Shown here: positions 23,311 to 36,590 of the stretch, one piece after another | Position numbering within the stretch: the stretch's first letter is position 1 | How the letters are laid out: the number at the start of each line of letters is the position of its first letter | Source: Camelus ferus | Taxonomy: Eukaryota | Length of the DNA stretch: 64,000 nt | Assembly (NCBI RefSeq): GCF_009834535.1 | Contig: NC_045697.1 | Span: 31,684,001 to 31,748,000 of the forward strand | Direction: 5' to 3' | The notes under the pieces: model-generated | Seen by the model: the letters and a program-made list of their open reading frames with translations, nothing else | The model's database searches: none | What the model was told of the DNA's origin: nothing | Made by a program: the position numbers and the translations under genes

Positions 23311-23685
23311 TGTATCAACTAGGGTTCTCCTAAAGAAACAGAAATATATATTGTTCTAGGACAATCTGTTATGAAGTGAAGGCTGGAACTTTTAGGCACA
23401 AGTTGACACTGCAATCCACAGATACAATTCTGACTCCTCCTCCCCTTTTCTCTCCCCCTCACCCCCCTTTCTTATTCTTGGAAACCTGAGTTCTGTTCTT
23501 AACATTCCCCCATTAATTGAATCAAGCTCACCCAAATTATCTAGGATAATTTTATTTGCTTAAAGTCAACTGATTGTAGATACTAAACACATTTACAAAG
23601 TACTGTGACAGCAACACCGGGAATAGAGTCTGAATATTTGGGAACTCTAGCCTAGTCAGATTGACAAATAAAACTGACCATAACA
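23311..23685 (-). mobile_element. ERVL solo LTR (MLT2-type)
   Basis: tgtatcaactagggttctcc...agaaacagaa, ttgcttaaagtcaactgattgtagat, gcaacacc, tagcctagtcagattgacaaataaaactgaccataaca. Confidence 0.88.
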
Positions 23686-24031
23686 CTGTCTCCTAAATGA
23701 GACAGTAGAGCCTGACCTTGAAGAATAATCCCTAAAAACAGACTTAATTGAGAAGGACAGAAATATTGGAGGTAAGAGTGAAATTTTCCAAATTAGTTGG
23801 CAGAAGAAGCAGATCCCAGAAGAGTCTGTAAGCACCAAATGTAACATCTTAGGATGAGAGCACTCTCTAGTGCAGGAGTATGAGGCTGCAGGTGCAAAAT
23901 ATTCCTAAAGGAGAGCAGCCCTGAAAAACAAATACTTGGTCACAGATATTTTGGTAGGCAGCACCTTGAGCCAGGAAGATGGAGAAGTTACTCCAGAAAT
24001 CTCCTTTGTACTAGCTCACAAAGGCCACATA

Positions 24032-24240
24032 CAGGCATGATTTATTTTACTGTGCTTTACTTTCTGTAATTCACAGATACTGTGTTACCTACAGACTGGA
24101 GGTTTGTGGCAACACTGCATCAGGCAAGTCTATCTGCACCATTTTTCCAACAGCATCTGCTCACTTCATATCTGTATGTCACATTTTGTAATTCTCATGA
24201 TATTTCAACCTTTTAAATGATTATTATATTTGTAATGGTG
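24032..24240 (+). mobile_element. Tigger1 (TcMar) left-end fragment
   Basis: ta|caggcat...ggtttgtggcaacactgcatcaggcaagtctatctgcaccatttttccaacagcat...tgtcacattttgtaattctc. Confidence 0.9.
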
Positions 24241-24244
24241 CATG

Positions 24245-24910
24245 TGAACTATTATTTGGAAAGGAATTGTGATAAGTAAATATGTGTATTATTAACCTTA
24301 GGGAAATTACTAAAAATTAAAACCAAGAATTATAGTTATAGCTACAAGCCTGTCATAAATAAAATGGAAGCATAAAAATATCCCAAAAGATGGCAGAGAA
24401 AGAGAATAAAAAGAACGAAGTGTAGATGGGACACATAGAAAACAAATAGCAAGATAGTAGATTTAGTATATGTCACATCAGTAATATAATAATGACATAA
24501 AATGTGAGTGGTCGAAACCAGAATTAGCACACTTTTCCTGTAGAGGGTAAGGTAGTAAATATTTTAGGCTTTGTGGTCCATTTATGGCTTCTGTCACATA
24601 TTCTTTGTTTGCTTGTTTGTTTGTAGTTTTGAAAATACTTAAAAAATATAAAATTCACTATTAGTCCAAGGGTCATAGAAAAACAAGTCATGGCTCAAAT
24701 TTGTCCTGAAAGCCTCAGTATTTCAACCCCTGGTATAAAACCACCTTAAGTAATTAGAAAAATAAAAAGCAAATTTAATGCAAATTAAGAAAAAGAGAAA
24801 ATATAAAGATAAAAATAGATAACAATAAATTAAAAACAGTAATTTCATGAAGAAAACAAAACCCAAAAGCTCATTCCTTGAAAGTACTGGTAATATTGAA
24901 AAGTTCCTAT
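24245..24910 (+). mobile_element. Old L1 fragments interrupted by MER58
   Basis: aaacaaatagcaagatagtagattt...aaatgtgagtggtc (ORF2 start region). After 24732: cttaagtaattagaaaaa...aaaacccaaaagctcattccttgaaa. Confidence 0.65.
24519..24731. mobile_element. MER58-type hAT-Charlie MITE
   Basis: gcacacttttcctgtagagggtaaggtagtaaatattttaggctttgtggtcca...agtatttcaacccctg. Confidence 0.85.
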
Positions 24911-26574
24911 TTACTAGTTTATCCATGTCAATCAATTTACCTATCAGTTGTTTTCTTCCTTCACAGATTAAATAGAAATCATACTTATTCACATGGTTAT
25001 TATTTGAGTAAAACGGCATTTATTAAGATGTCATAAGTGTATCTGAAGCCTAATAGATGCTAAGTAAATTCGAATCTCTGTCTTTTGATAATGCACCTAC
25101 TAACAAGTCTCTTCTTGTAATCATGAATGGTCACCTTCCTCTATTGATTATGACTTTCAATTTTCAGTGCATTCTCTACATTACAGCTAGAGAAAATGGG
25201 GGAAAATTAACACAACTTGAAGCAGCTCTGCGGTCTGATCAATATTAGAAGAAGCTAGTTAAACTGTAATTCACAAGTGGTTAACTTTCCTGGACATTGT
25301 TTATCTCACTTCACCATTCAGCTGTCTTCTCTGAGACAGACTCAAAAAATCCTACTGAAAATGTACATGGACAATAACATTTTATCAACTTACTGCAGGC
25401 AGGAATATTTTCACATAAGATAACATAGCAAAGCATCTAACACATTCAAATAACTAGAATTCTTAGATAAGAGTAAAAATAAGTGAACTTTTTTTTTTAA
25501 TGTCATGATATTCCTTATAGACAAGCCACTTGGAAGGAAAAGAAAAATGTCAGGAATGTGAAAAACAAAACAATACATTAAAAAGTTATGTTTGGTAATC
25601 TCTCTCAAGCGACGTAAGGGACTTACTGAGAATGACAGTGGACAGCTCACCAAAATTCAAACTCTGGCTCTCCAAAGCTGTGGACCAATTGTTTGCCCAC
25701 TGACTTCATAAAAAAAGGCAAAATCAGGAAAACAGCTTAACTGGTCAAAACTAATATATTGCATAGGAGGTATTAAAAATAACAACACAGTGACTGGTCT
25801 TTTTCTGAATGTAATTTTATTTTTTAAAAACTCTCCAACGTATGAGCTAAATTTTGATACTTCAGAGACAATTGTAGAAGCAAAAGATTATTTTTAAGAA
25901 CCATATTTAATCAAGAGAAATTCAGAGTCCAAGGGACCGTTTTACCTACCCTACATATAATATAATTTATAATTGTAGTTTACAACTATGGTCAATGACT
26001 TAAAAAGACCAATGTAAACTGCTGATCTTTGAGTTGCCTTATTATAAAGATGCGCTGATTTTTTTTGAGACATTTATCAGCAGAAGCATAGAAATGATTT
26101 ATCTATGCTATATATTATCTAGGAAAACAAGGAAAAATTTATCTTTATACCTGCAGCCCTTAGCATTTCCTATTGCTATAGTAAAGGATTGTCTGCTATG
26201 GAGTCTCATATTTTTAGTCAAAACATTTGCATTGATATCCTTAAAAATTTCCTGAATTTACATATTTTAATGGATATTCAGGAGTCATAAATTTATCCCA
26301 CCATGCAGGACTCTTATTACTCTAAATTATCACTTCTTTTTTTCTCTTTCTTACTCCCTTATTCCCTTTAATAAGAAATTTTAAATTTAAACTACTAAAA
26401 CTGCTCATCTAGAGAATTTATATCTGAAGTAGTTATTGCAGCCTTTAGTCCCAAACTTGCATTGATTCATTCTTGTATTTCTACAATAAATGTTTATTGA
26501 GGGTCGTTTATGTGCTAGGCCCTGTCTTAAGTAGGGTACAGCAAGAAATAAAACAGATAAAAGTGCAATGCATC

Positions 26575-27092
26575 ATGGATTAGTATATGATTTCATCTAC
26601 ACGAACCTTTCAGAAAAGGAAATCCACAGTGACAGAAAGCAGATTAGGGGATGGGAAGGGACAGACCGGGATTTCAAAATGTAGAATAGATAAACAAGAT
26701 TGTACTGTGTAGCACAGGGAAATATACACAGGATCTTGTGGTGGCTCACAACGAAAGAGAATGTGACAATGAATGTATGTATGTTCATGAATAACTGAAA
26801 CATTGTGCTCTACACTGGAATTTGACACAACATTGCAAAATGACTATAACTCAATAAAAAAAAATGTTGACCCCTCCCCCAAAAGAAAGCAGATTAATGT
26901 TGGCCTGGGTCTGGAGGTGGGAGTCAGGGGTGACTGCAGTGAACACAAGAAATAATTGGGATCTAGTCTACCTCTGAATTGTGGTGACATGTGTACGACT
27001 TTGCACATTTACTAAAAATAATTGAAGTTTACACATACATGGGTGTATTTGATGGTATGCAAGTCATATTTCAATAAAATGCTTAGGAAAAT
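26575..27092 (+). mobile_element. Old L1MB/MC 3'UTR, interrupted at 26647..26883
   Basis: gtatatgatttcat...gacagaaagcagatta|atgttggcctggg...ttgtggtga...atttactaaaaataattgaa...atatttcaataaa. Confidence 0.85.
26647..26883 (+). mobile_element. Young L1 3'UTR stub with 13-bp TSD
   Basis: Closely similar to ~900..1120 of the first L1. Perfect TSD agaaagcagatta at 26634..26646 and 26884..26896. Confidence 0.95.
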
Positions 27093-28809
27093 AAGTGAAT
27101 AAAAAACAGACCAAAATCTCTGCCTTCATAGAACGTACATGCTAGTGGGGAGATGGATATGCATAACTACCAAATACAGACTATCAATTTAATTCTTCAG
27201 AGAAAAATAAAGCAGGGTCAGAGCAGGGATAGTGGTGGGGTTGGGGAGGCTGTTTTAGATGGGCTCCTCAGAGAAGGCTCCGAATTAGGAGCCAGCTGTG
27301 TTGACACCTGGGGCTTCCAGGCAAAAAGAAAGGTGAAGGCCATAGTCAAAATCAGGTTTGCTGAGTTTGAGGCAACCAGAGTGGGTGGAAAGGGGTAAAT
27401 AATGGGGGAAAAGGCAGGAGGTAAAGTCAGAGTGATAGCCAGGGCCACATTTTGTAGAGTAACTTTTTTTGGATTTTAGAATGCATTTGAAAGTCATTTT
27501 GAAATGTCTATAGTCAGATCTCTGGACACCTTCCTACTTTGCTCTCTACATATAAATTTTATAACATGTGTCTATAAATATTTTGAAAACATTTTTCAGA
27601 GGAGTAATAGTATTTTCAAAAAAACCTAACTTTCTTTCACATCTGACCTTAAATTTGGAAAAACTTTATCTTAATTTTCTTTATTTTGATATTTATTCTT
27701 GACTGAAACCAATTCACTTTTACATTAACCACATTGAATTAACGTGTTCCTTGCAAGCAGTTTTTATGCTGTAAATAGATCTATAGATTTGATTGTATAG
27801 TGATGTATGAGTCATTTTACCATCTTCTCATAAAAGGGTGTCCTTAGCTCATTTGAATATTTCTCTTAATGAGGTACCCAGAATGGAATAAATTATTCTC
27901 ACTATAGTCTTAAGGATAACTTAATTCAAAAGATTTTAGCATGTGTTGGTCCCAAAAGAGTGTTTTGCTTTTAATGTAGAAAGAGAAGTTGTGTTCATTG
28001 TTGTTGCAGTCCTTGTCTTTCCATTAAAGCAACGTGCATGTTTAAAATAAATCTCTTAGTAGTTTTTCCTTCAACTAAATGTTTAACAAAAGTTTATTTT
28101 GCTGTAGTATTCTGTTCTTGTTTTAAGACCTTTGATTAAGAGTCTTAATTTGAGAATTCAATCATGTTAATTTACTAAATTCTATATTTCTTTGATATTA
28201 CTATTCCTCATTATGGATTATAATGTCTCATAATTTATTTACTAATCTCATTGAGGTTGTATTCACTTGGTCTTCCAGATAATTATAGGAATGTCCAGTA
28301 AGGCCTTTTACCAATTTGCATAAGATTTTACCTCATTACACAGTATGAAAAGTATTGTTTTTCATTCAATTGTATGTAACATAACATTTATTGGAATAAT
28401 CACCAAAGATCATTAAAAATAGCCACTTTGCCTTGGGAATATCTAAGTGGGAAGCCTTCAAAGGAAACCCAAGAGGAGTAGGCAGAGCAGATAGCTATTG
28501 TACTCAGGTGTTGGCCATTAGCTCTGCTGAAGTACTAACTCAAGAATTGTCCTTCAGACAGGACCAAGAGGTTTCATTTAAGGTTTTAAAAGGAGAAGGT
28601 CCTTTGCAGGGGAAGCAGACAGATTTGAGATGAATACGGAGTCGGGGGGAAGAACTTCCTCATACCACTGTCGTGGGGAAGCAAAAGATATTGGCGTTAT
28701 CACTTCCACGAGCCAGACTGCATGTGATGGGAATACGACTGTGTGCCAGGCACTAGGGACACAGGAGGGATAGCATGGACCTGTTCCCAACGGGGTGAGT
28801 CTCGTAAGT

Positions 28810-28980
28810 CAGGGTTTCCCCACCACGACTGCGCTTAGGATCATTTGGAAACTTGTAATAATTCTAATGCTGGATTCCAAAGCCCAGAGATTCTGATTCA
28901 AATTGGTATAGTGCCTAGTCAGCAGGGCTTTTTAATACTCTCTAGGTGATCCAAATGTATACCCAGGGTTGAGAACCACT
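28810..28980. mobile_element. MER5A-type hAT-Charlie MITE
   Basis: cccagagattctgattcaaattggt...ctaggtgatccaaatgtatacccagggttgagaaccact. Confidence 0.88.
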
Positions 28981-29352
28981 TTCTTAGCGATAGAATTATT
29001 TATTATAAAATGTATATGTTTTACTAAATTTGCTCTGGACTAATATTTGATTTTATATTTTAGCTTAAAATTTAATGCATCATTCTAAAAGCCAAAGTTT
29101 TTTTTAATTAATTTGATATTGGTGGATGTGTTCTCTATTTATTCATTGATATTTAAAAGCAAAAAATATTATCATAGTTCTCATTAAAACACTAAAACTA
29201 AATGTTTAACACTAACAAATCAGTTATAGGAAAATTAGTAAATACAGATGAAAATTGTGGATTTGGATTACTGGTGAACTAGTATACTTCACTCTTGGAA
29301 TAGTGGTAAGAAATATAGAAAAGTTACAAATACATAAATGAAAATTATATTA

Positions 29353-29700
29353 CAGTTGACTCTTGAACAACATGAATTTAAACTGTACAGTGCACATATA
29401 TGTGGATTTTTTTCAATGAATACATATGTATACTGTAAATGTATTCTCTCTTCCTTACAATTTTCTTAATAACATTTTCTTTCTCCAGTTTATTGTAAGA
29501 ATACAATACACAATTCATATAACATTCACAGCATGTGTTAATTGAAACACATAAAACAAAGTGTTTATGTTATTGATAAGATTTCTGGTCAACAGGAGGC
29601 TTTTAGTAGTTTAAGTTTTGTGGGAGTCAAAAGCTACACAGAGATTTTGGACTGTCTGAGCTCTGGTACCCCTAACCCCTATGTGTTCAAGGGTCAACTG
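29353..29700. mobile_element. Tigger2-family non-autonomous element with both TIRs and TA TSD
   Basis: TA|cagttgactcttgaaca ... tgttcaagggtcaactg|TA. Confidence 0.93.
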
Positions 29701-30299
29701 TATATCAAAACAGTTGTTATGGTAAGAAATTAAATAATGAAAAACAACCAAAAGTAAACTTTTTTTAGAAAGACAGAATTACAGTTTAAATTGTAAATGA
29801 GCTTTCAGCTTAAGAGTTGAATTGCATACTCCACTCTGCCAGAATCCAATTAAAATCATATGAAGTCACAAAAAATGAGGAAAAGTTACATGAGTTGACA
29901 GATACAAAACTTTCAGTATAGTCTCTGATACTTATTAGGTGCTCAGAAATGTGACATGTTATTAATGATATTATTATCATTCATGATGGCGCTAAGAAAC
30001 AGAAATATTACTGGATTGGAACGCTGATGACTTTCTGGGAGGTAGAAAATGATTGCTATCATATAGCTAATTGCAGCTCAAAACACACAAAGAAGAAATT
30101 GTTACCAGCTATAAGGGATCACTTTTCTACCAAAACAGCGATGTGGCTCCCAGTTTTGAGCAGACAGGTGCAGAGGGAAAAAAAGGAACTGGCAGAAATC
30201 GAGTTGGTAAACGAAAGGGCTGACGCACGGCAGTTGTCCAAGTGGTACTGCTCTCGCTCCTCTCACCCCTGAATGTAGCAGCAGCAGAGAATCCAGGGA

Positions 30300-31230
30300 A
30301 AACCTTGACAAACTAAAGAATGAAGGAGATATTCCTAACCTGATACAGGGAAGCCGCAAACCATATATAGCAAGCTTCATACTTAATAGTGAAACTTCCC
30401 AAGTGTTCTCTAAGAAATCAGGAAAAAAGACAAGGATGTGCCCTACCAACACTTCTGTTCTACATTACGCTGGACATCCTAGGTCAAACAGTAATGCATC
30501 TAATAGCAATAAAACGTCTGCTTGGAAATGAGGACACAGAACTCTCATTATTCACAGATGATATGCAGGTACTTGGAAAATCAAGTAGCATAAATAAATA
30601 AATTATTAGAATTAATACATTTATTAAGATTGCTGTTACAAAACTAGTTATTTTAAGCAATCAATTGTTTGTCTATCTACCAGAATCAAAGAATTAGAAA
30701 ATACAATTTAAAAAATATGTTATATCAAATAGCTCAAAAATATAAAATGAACTATATGTAAGACACATATGAGGAAAACTTTATAATATATTGAGTCTCC
30801 ATAAAGATCCAAAGTATAGCTATCTATTATGTCTATGGATTGCAAGACTGAATACACTAAAGTTGCCAATTCTCCCTAAAATTATGTATAAATTTAGTAA
30901 AATCCTAATAAAACATGTGTGTGTGCATGTGTGTGTACAACCTAACAAGCCAACTCTAATATGTATTCAAAAATGGAAATTTTAGGAATAACAAAAGCCT
31001 CTCTTGAAGAAGAATAAAATGTTGGGAGAACTTGATCTAATGGACTGCAGATTTATAGAAATAAGTAATACAGAGTGACATTGGTTCTACAATAGAAAAA
31101 CAGACCAATGGAATGAATAAAGAACCCAGAAATAGAATGAATGAACAAATATGTGATTTTCATTATAAACCTTCTGTGACCCTCTGATAAAACTGAAAAT
31201 AAAATAATTGTTTTAAAAAATTCTATCTCA
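30300..31230 (+). mobile_element. Ancient L1 ORF2 (RT region) fragment
   Basis: ORF 30389..30601 gives RQGCALPTLLFYITLDIL...LSLFTDDM (degenerate RQGCPLSPLLF/FADD). ORF 30791..30985 gives WIARLNTLKLPILPKIMYKF. Confidence 0.9.
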
Positions 31231-33729
31231 ACCAAAAATCACTTTATAGTATAACATGGATACATGAGATTCTTCTTGAAACTTATTTTTCTTAAATTAT
31301 TTGAAATATTTTAAAAGTCTCAAAAAATTACAGAATGATAATTTCTCAGAAAGAGAGATAAAATGAAGTTTCTGGGAAGCACCAAGGAAAGCACTGAACT
31401 TTCAGCCTTGGCTTTATAAAGTGGCAGAGAAGGCAGCTGCAGTCAGAGGCTGCACTTGGAGAATGGACGAGTGAAACAGCCTTAATGCTCCAGGGAAGAA
31501 TAAAACAAGTCAGCTACTCTAGGAGTCAAAACAAAAAGGTGATTTTTGAGTCTGGATAGTGTGTCTGTAAAACAAGACCATGAACATGGGAATTAATGAC
31601 ATTTACACATAAGGCATACTATTCTGTTGCGTGAGTAATGCTGTGAACATCACTAACGAGTCGATGCAGGTAAGAAAAAGCATGAGCCATCATCCCAAGA
31701 ATGGGATCCAGGAAGAGTCTCCAATGCATTGGTTAGAAAAAGCTAACTTTGGCAGAAAGGCTTATGTGGGAATCTCTTGGATGACTGTTGCATTGGAATG
31801 ATGAAAGATTCTAGTCATTACGCGTGTGCCATCTATGATTTTTAAAAACATTTTTGTGTCACTTGTAAGTATACAGTACTTTCAACTTCACACTTAATAA
31901 TACATGCTTGTAAAATGAATTTGCTTTGCTTTGATATAATTCTACTATGCTATGTTCTTCAGAGTAATGCTTTTACACAGGTAACAGTGTTATCAGCATT
32001 GACCTAAATTGGATTTGAATTCAGTGAGTGTGGTGACTTTATGTCAAATAGTTAGTGTTTTGCCTTTGAGAAGAGAATGTGAACTTTTTTAGAGTATGTA
32101 CTGGGAGACAGTAAATTACGGGATTACGCGGCAAGGCTGTGACCTTTTCAGGATTCAGTAGTTTGAATAGCTGGTCTTTCTCTCCCACTTGATTAAAGCT
32201 CCACTAATCATCAAGAAAGTTAATGCAAGATAAAACATTTTTTTAAATGGCACAGCATTAATCCTTTCATATGTCAGAAGTTGGAATGGGAACTGTTAGA
32301 CATTTGTAACAAATTTCCATGTCTCTGCTGTAGCTGCAAATCTTTAGACAGCAGCCATTGACTTTGGCTGATGAAATTGTGACCTGGTAAAACCTTGGTC
32401 CAGCACTTTTTAGAGTTATGTTACATTGCAAATGTGCTTGCCATACATAGAGAGTAGACATGACCTTGGGAATAACATGGAAGTCTCCCTCTCCTGAGCA
32501 TCACATACAAACTCAGTCTCTTGAGAATCCTACTTACAGTGGTATCCGGTCACATCAATTTTATAATACCTTCCAGTAAGCCACTGCAAATCATAAACCT
32601 CAATGAGAGAGTTCTTATTTACACTCAGTGAAGTAACTTATAACAGATATAAATCTGTGTTTTACTGGTAGGTAGTTTTTTGTTGGCTATTCAATAAATA
32701 TTTATTAATTGAAGAATAGCCAACAAAGAACAAAAATTTAGTGTTTCAAATATTGTAGGTTTTCATTTATAGTCATTTTTTACGATCGTGGAAATTATTT
32801 CACTGTCCAGTTTTTTCCAAAAATATTTAGAGTTAACGTTAAGTTAATTTATATTTCAACACATTAAGGAACACAGTAATTGTAAATGGATATTCCCTTT
32901 TTGTTTTAGAGTATACTGCTATAACCATCGGTAGGTATGATTTGGGCCTTTGTTGCAGGATCTACTTAACACACTGTTTGTTTATAGCAAACTTTTAAAC
33001 GACTGATGCAGAGCAGGCACCCAAGAAATGTATGGACAATATGTGACTGAAGGATGAATAAGAGAATGAGAACACAAGGATAATTACACTGTTAAAATGT
33101 ATTCACTGTTTTCATGATACTATCAAGTTAGCATGAAATTGCTATGTTACAGATTTGTAAAGTAGAAGAACCAATATTTATTTACCATTAAGAGAGTATA
33201 CAGATGGATACATATAAACAATTACTCATAGAAGAGTGAGTTCATTAGTTAGTCAGTTAACGAGGATAATGTTAATTACTTGTGGTTTCAATAAATGACC
33301 ACAGTAAAATGAATTGAGAGCAAACCAGATGTCTCAGTTGAAAGTGTTGTTTTTCCGTATTTTAATGTAGACATAATTTCTAAATCCTTTCTTAAAGATG
33401 GGAAGTCGTAACATCTTTTTTATTGTTGTTGAAAAACGCTTTTCAGCCTACCTGCTTTTTCTCAAATCAGAGTTGATACTAGATTATCTGGCACTAACAG
33501 TTGTTCTTTTCCTGATCTCTATGGATTCTTAGATTAATAATATAAACTCTAATTCAAGTAAAATAAGTCTCAGTATGATTGAAAACTAAGCCTGTATATC
33601 TGATTTTTTCCTGCATATCTATTGCAAGATAACAATTTTTCATAAGAATACTTTGCATCTAATAGGTGCAAATAAGTGTTTATTTAATGAAAAAATGTTT
33701 TATGTATCCAGAATATAGTATAATTCATT

Positions 33730-33990
33730 ATTCACTGTTCCATTCAAAAAACATTTATGAGCTGTCAAGTATGTGTCAAAGTTACAACAGATACTAGAAA
33801 CAGTATACTGTTTAACAGATACTGTTAAAGCAGAGAAGTGACCTGTTAGTTAACATTCCAGTTGGTAAAAGTAGAATGTAAACACATACTAAATTAACAA
33901 ATAAGACAAACAATCTCTGCTGATGAAAAATTTATGAAGGCAACAAATGTGGGCAATATGAAAGAAAATAATGGGGCCTGCACTATATTT
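33730..33990 (-). mobile_element. LINE-2 3' fragment
   Basis: cattcaaaaaacatttatgagc...tatgtgtcaaag...taacattccagttgg. Confidence 0.5.
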
Positions 33991-36099
33991 CTGTATGTTC
34001 ATTTAGCAAATTAAAGATAACTTTACTATTTTTAAGTCTATAGACAAGGAAAATAATTGTAACAGAGGATAAATCAATAAAAGTTCATCAAAATTGCTTG
34101 CAATTGAATTTGCTAAAACTGGCATATCCTCAATGGTTAATCTTGTTAAGTTAAGTGTAATTTAGTGGTGCTCTTAGAGTATTGCCTTATTTTAATAAAT
34201 AATAATTTAATTTGCATTTTAAATATTAAAAAAAAAAAACTAGTGACTTCTCTTTCAGAATAAGGTTAAGAGTTTTATATGGATTTATCCAACAATGTTA
34301 TTTCAGTCATCAAGGGTCTCTTCAATTTTATGTTTTTCTCTTCTAGTGACATGCCATTGGAGGTGACATACCCATTTTAAATAGTTGAAATGTGGATTAA
34401 AATACTAGCAGCCTGATCTGCTCTAGATATCTGTAATTATGCTGATCTGAAAAATATGGCTAAAAATACTGAATTCTACATAAAATTACACAAATTTGGT
34501 AGTCAGCCGGATTCATCAATTTAAAGATAAGGAAATAGGTATATTTTAAGAGAAATTCAAAATCACTAAATAGATTTTTTTTTTTAAGTTTCAGACAGGG
34601 TGCTTACTTTCTACATAAAGTAAGGTGCTGGAGAACCTGCCACCCCTTTCTCCTTGGACACTCTAGCACTCTAATTAGTCAAAACTGAGCTCAGACAAAC
34701 TTGGATATTATTGCTAAAGTATTTGTGCAGAATTCACATTAGGAAAAATCATTTCTAACCCACTGATGTCAAATCATACTCTTTATGAGGATCAGTTCCA
34801 AAGAGATCAACTGTAAACCAGAGCTGGGACTCTGACTAACTGTAAATAGGGAGATAACTGCATCCACAAGGACTGGATGGGGATCATCCTCTTATTTCTT
34901 ACTGAACTCAAGATTATCTTGAGTGTTTCCCCTTAGGTGCACATTTATGAAAGCTGACAAAATGTAGAAGAGAACATCACATAACTAATGGCATTAGAAA
35001 GGAGAGAGGGGAAGAAGAAAAAGTGAGAAAGGAGAGAGAGAAAACAGCTCTGTTATTCTCGAGATCATTTAAAAAATTTAATTATTCCATTCCTACTTTA
35101 CTTCTCTATGTCTCTGATTAAGATTTTCTCTGACAATGTGGGAATTTTCCTAGCTGGGAATTCACCTTAAGTAGCTGTTGTCATTTTAAGTTGTGCAGAC
35201 TGTCATTTAAAAGTTTGAAGAATTTCTATTCACCAAGTGTTAAAACTTGAATTTATCTTTGTGCCATTTCCCTTTGGACAGTGAAAGATAAATCACTCTG
35301 TAGAACCTTGTGAGTTAGGCAAGACCTTAATGCAGGGAAGCAACTGAAAGGAAGAATTTATGGATCAAACATTTAAGTGTTATATTTAGTCATGTAAATT
35401 TACTGTTTATTGTAGCAGATTTATATCCCTGTATAGGCTTCACTTAGATTAATGCTTGTCTGTTTGTTTTTTCCTAAAGAAGAGTTTATAAACTATCCTA
35501 TGGCTTGTTCTGACAGAGTTGGACATGCTACTGTTCCTGGGGGACCTGAAATGTAGACCCCTGAAACAATAGGATTTCCAGACCCGATAGCTCTTCACCT
35601 TCTTCCCTAAGGGATTTGGTGAAAACAACCTGGCTAGCTGAGAAAACAACCTGCCGACCACCACACCTTACTCAGAATGACGATGGATCAGGCTCAGAGG
35701 ACACTGATGCTATTATTTCTGACTGAATTTCTTAGATAATAGGAAAATGCATTCTGTTGAATTATTTTTTCTGGTAACTTTTACAAAACCATACCCATGC
35801 TGTTATGCACAGCTGTACAATGTGTGCGCTGTGAAAAAGCACTCTGTCTGGGAAGAGACAGAGGTTGAAATGCAGACTGACACAGGGCAGGTTCTCAACA
35901 GAGGAAGGAACATCCTTGTTTTGTTTGTTTCTTTTTGTTTTGTTTGCACAGTGTAGATTCTACTCACTGAGCTGGGAACCACGTGGATCTGATCCTTGAG
36001 GGGCACCATTTTCTCTTTGCCTGAGCAAGATGTCTTTCAGATTCAACATGAACCTGGGATATACTTGCTGAAGCCCTGACTGCACTCTTGTGGATAGAT

Positions 36100-36590
36100 T
36101 TATAACATAGTTTGAAATAAGAAGGTGATGCTTCCAGCTTTGTTCTTATTTTTCAGGACTCCTTCGGCTCTTTGGAGTCTGTGTTTCCATAACAGTTTTA
36201 GGATTTTTTTTTCTATTTTTGTGAAAAATGCCATTGGAATTTTGATAGGGATTGCTTTGAATCTATAGATGGCTTTCGGTAGTACTGACATTTTAACAGT
36301 GCTAATTATTCTGAGCCACAAACACACGTTATCTTTCCGTTGTTTTTGTCTTCAGTTTCTTTCCTGAAAGTCCTATAGTTTTCATTGTACAGATCTTTCA
36401 CCTCCTTGGCTAAATTTATTATTGAATATTTTATTGTTATTAGTGTTCTTATGTGTGGAATTGTTTTCTTTATTTCTTTTTTCACCTATTTTGTTATGAT
36501 TATTATATTAGAGATGCAACTGATTTCTGTATGTTGAATGAATTTTACTGAATCAGTTGCTTAGTTCTAATATTTTTTGTTTGAGTCTTA
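36100..36590 (-). mobile_element. L1 ORF2 fragment (antisense)
   Basis: ORF 36100..36327(-): [34 protein letters not shown]...[11 protein letters not shown]. Confidence 0.93.

Larger units (their letters stand above)
26460..27490 (-). mobile_element. LINE-2 3' portion split by nested L1 insertions
   Basis: aaatgtttattgag...tatgtgctaggccctg (left part). It resumes at ~27095 with aaacagaccaaaatctctgccttcatagaac...gggctcctcagagaagg...gtcagagtgatagccaggg. Confidence 0.85.

Noticed and set aside
35785..36060. Possible MER91/hAT-Tip100 remnant
   Set aside because: Only the left end resembles the family from memory, and I could not establish TIRs or a TSD.
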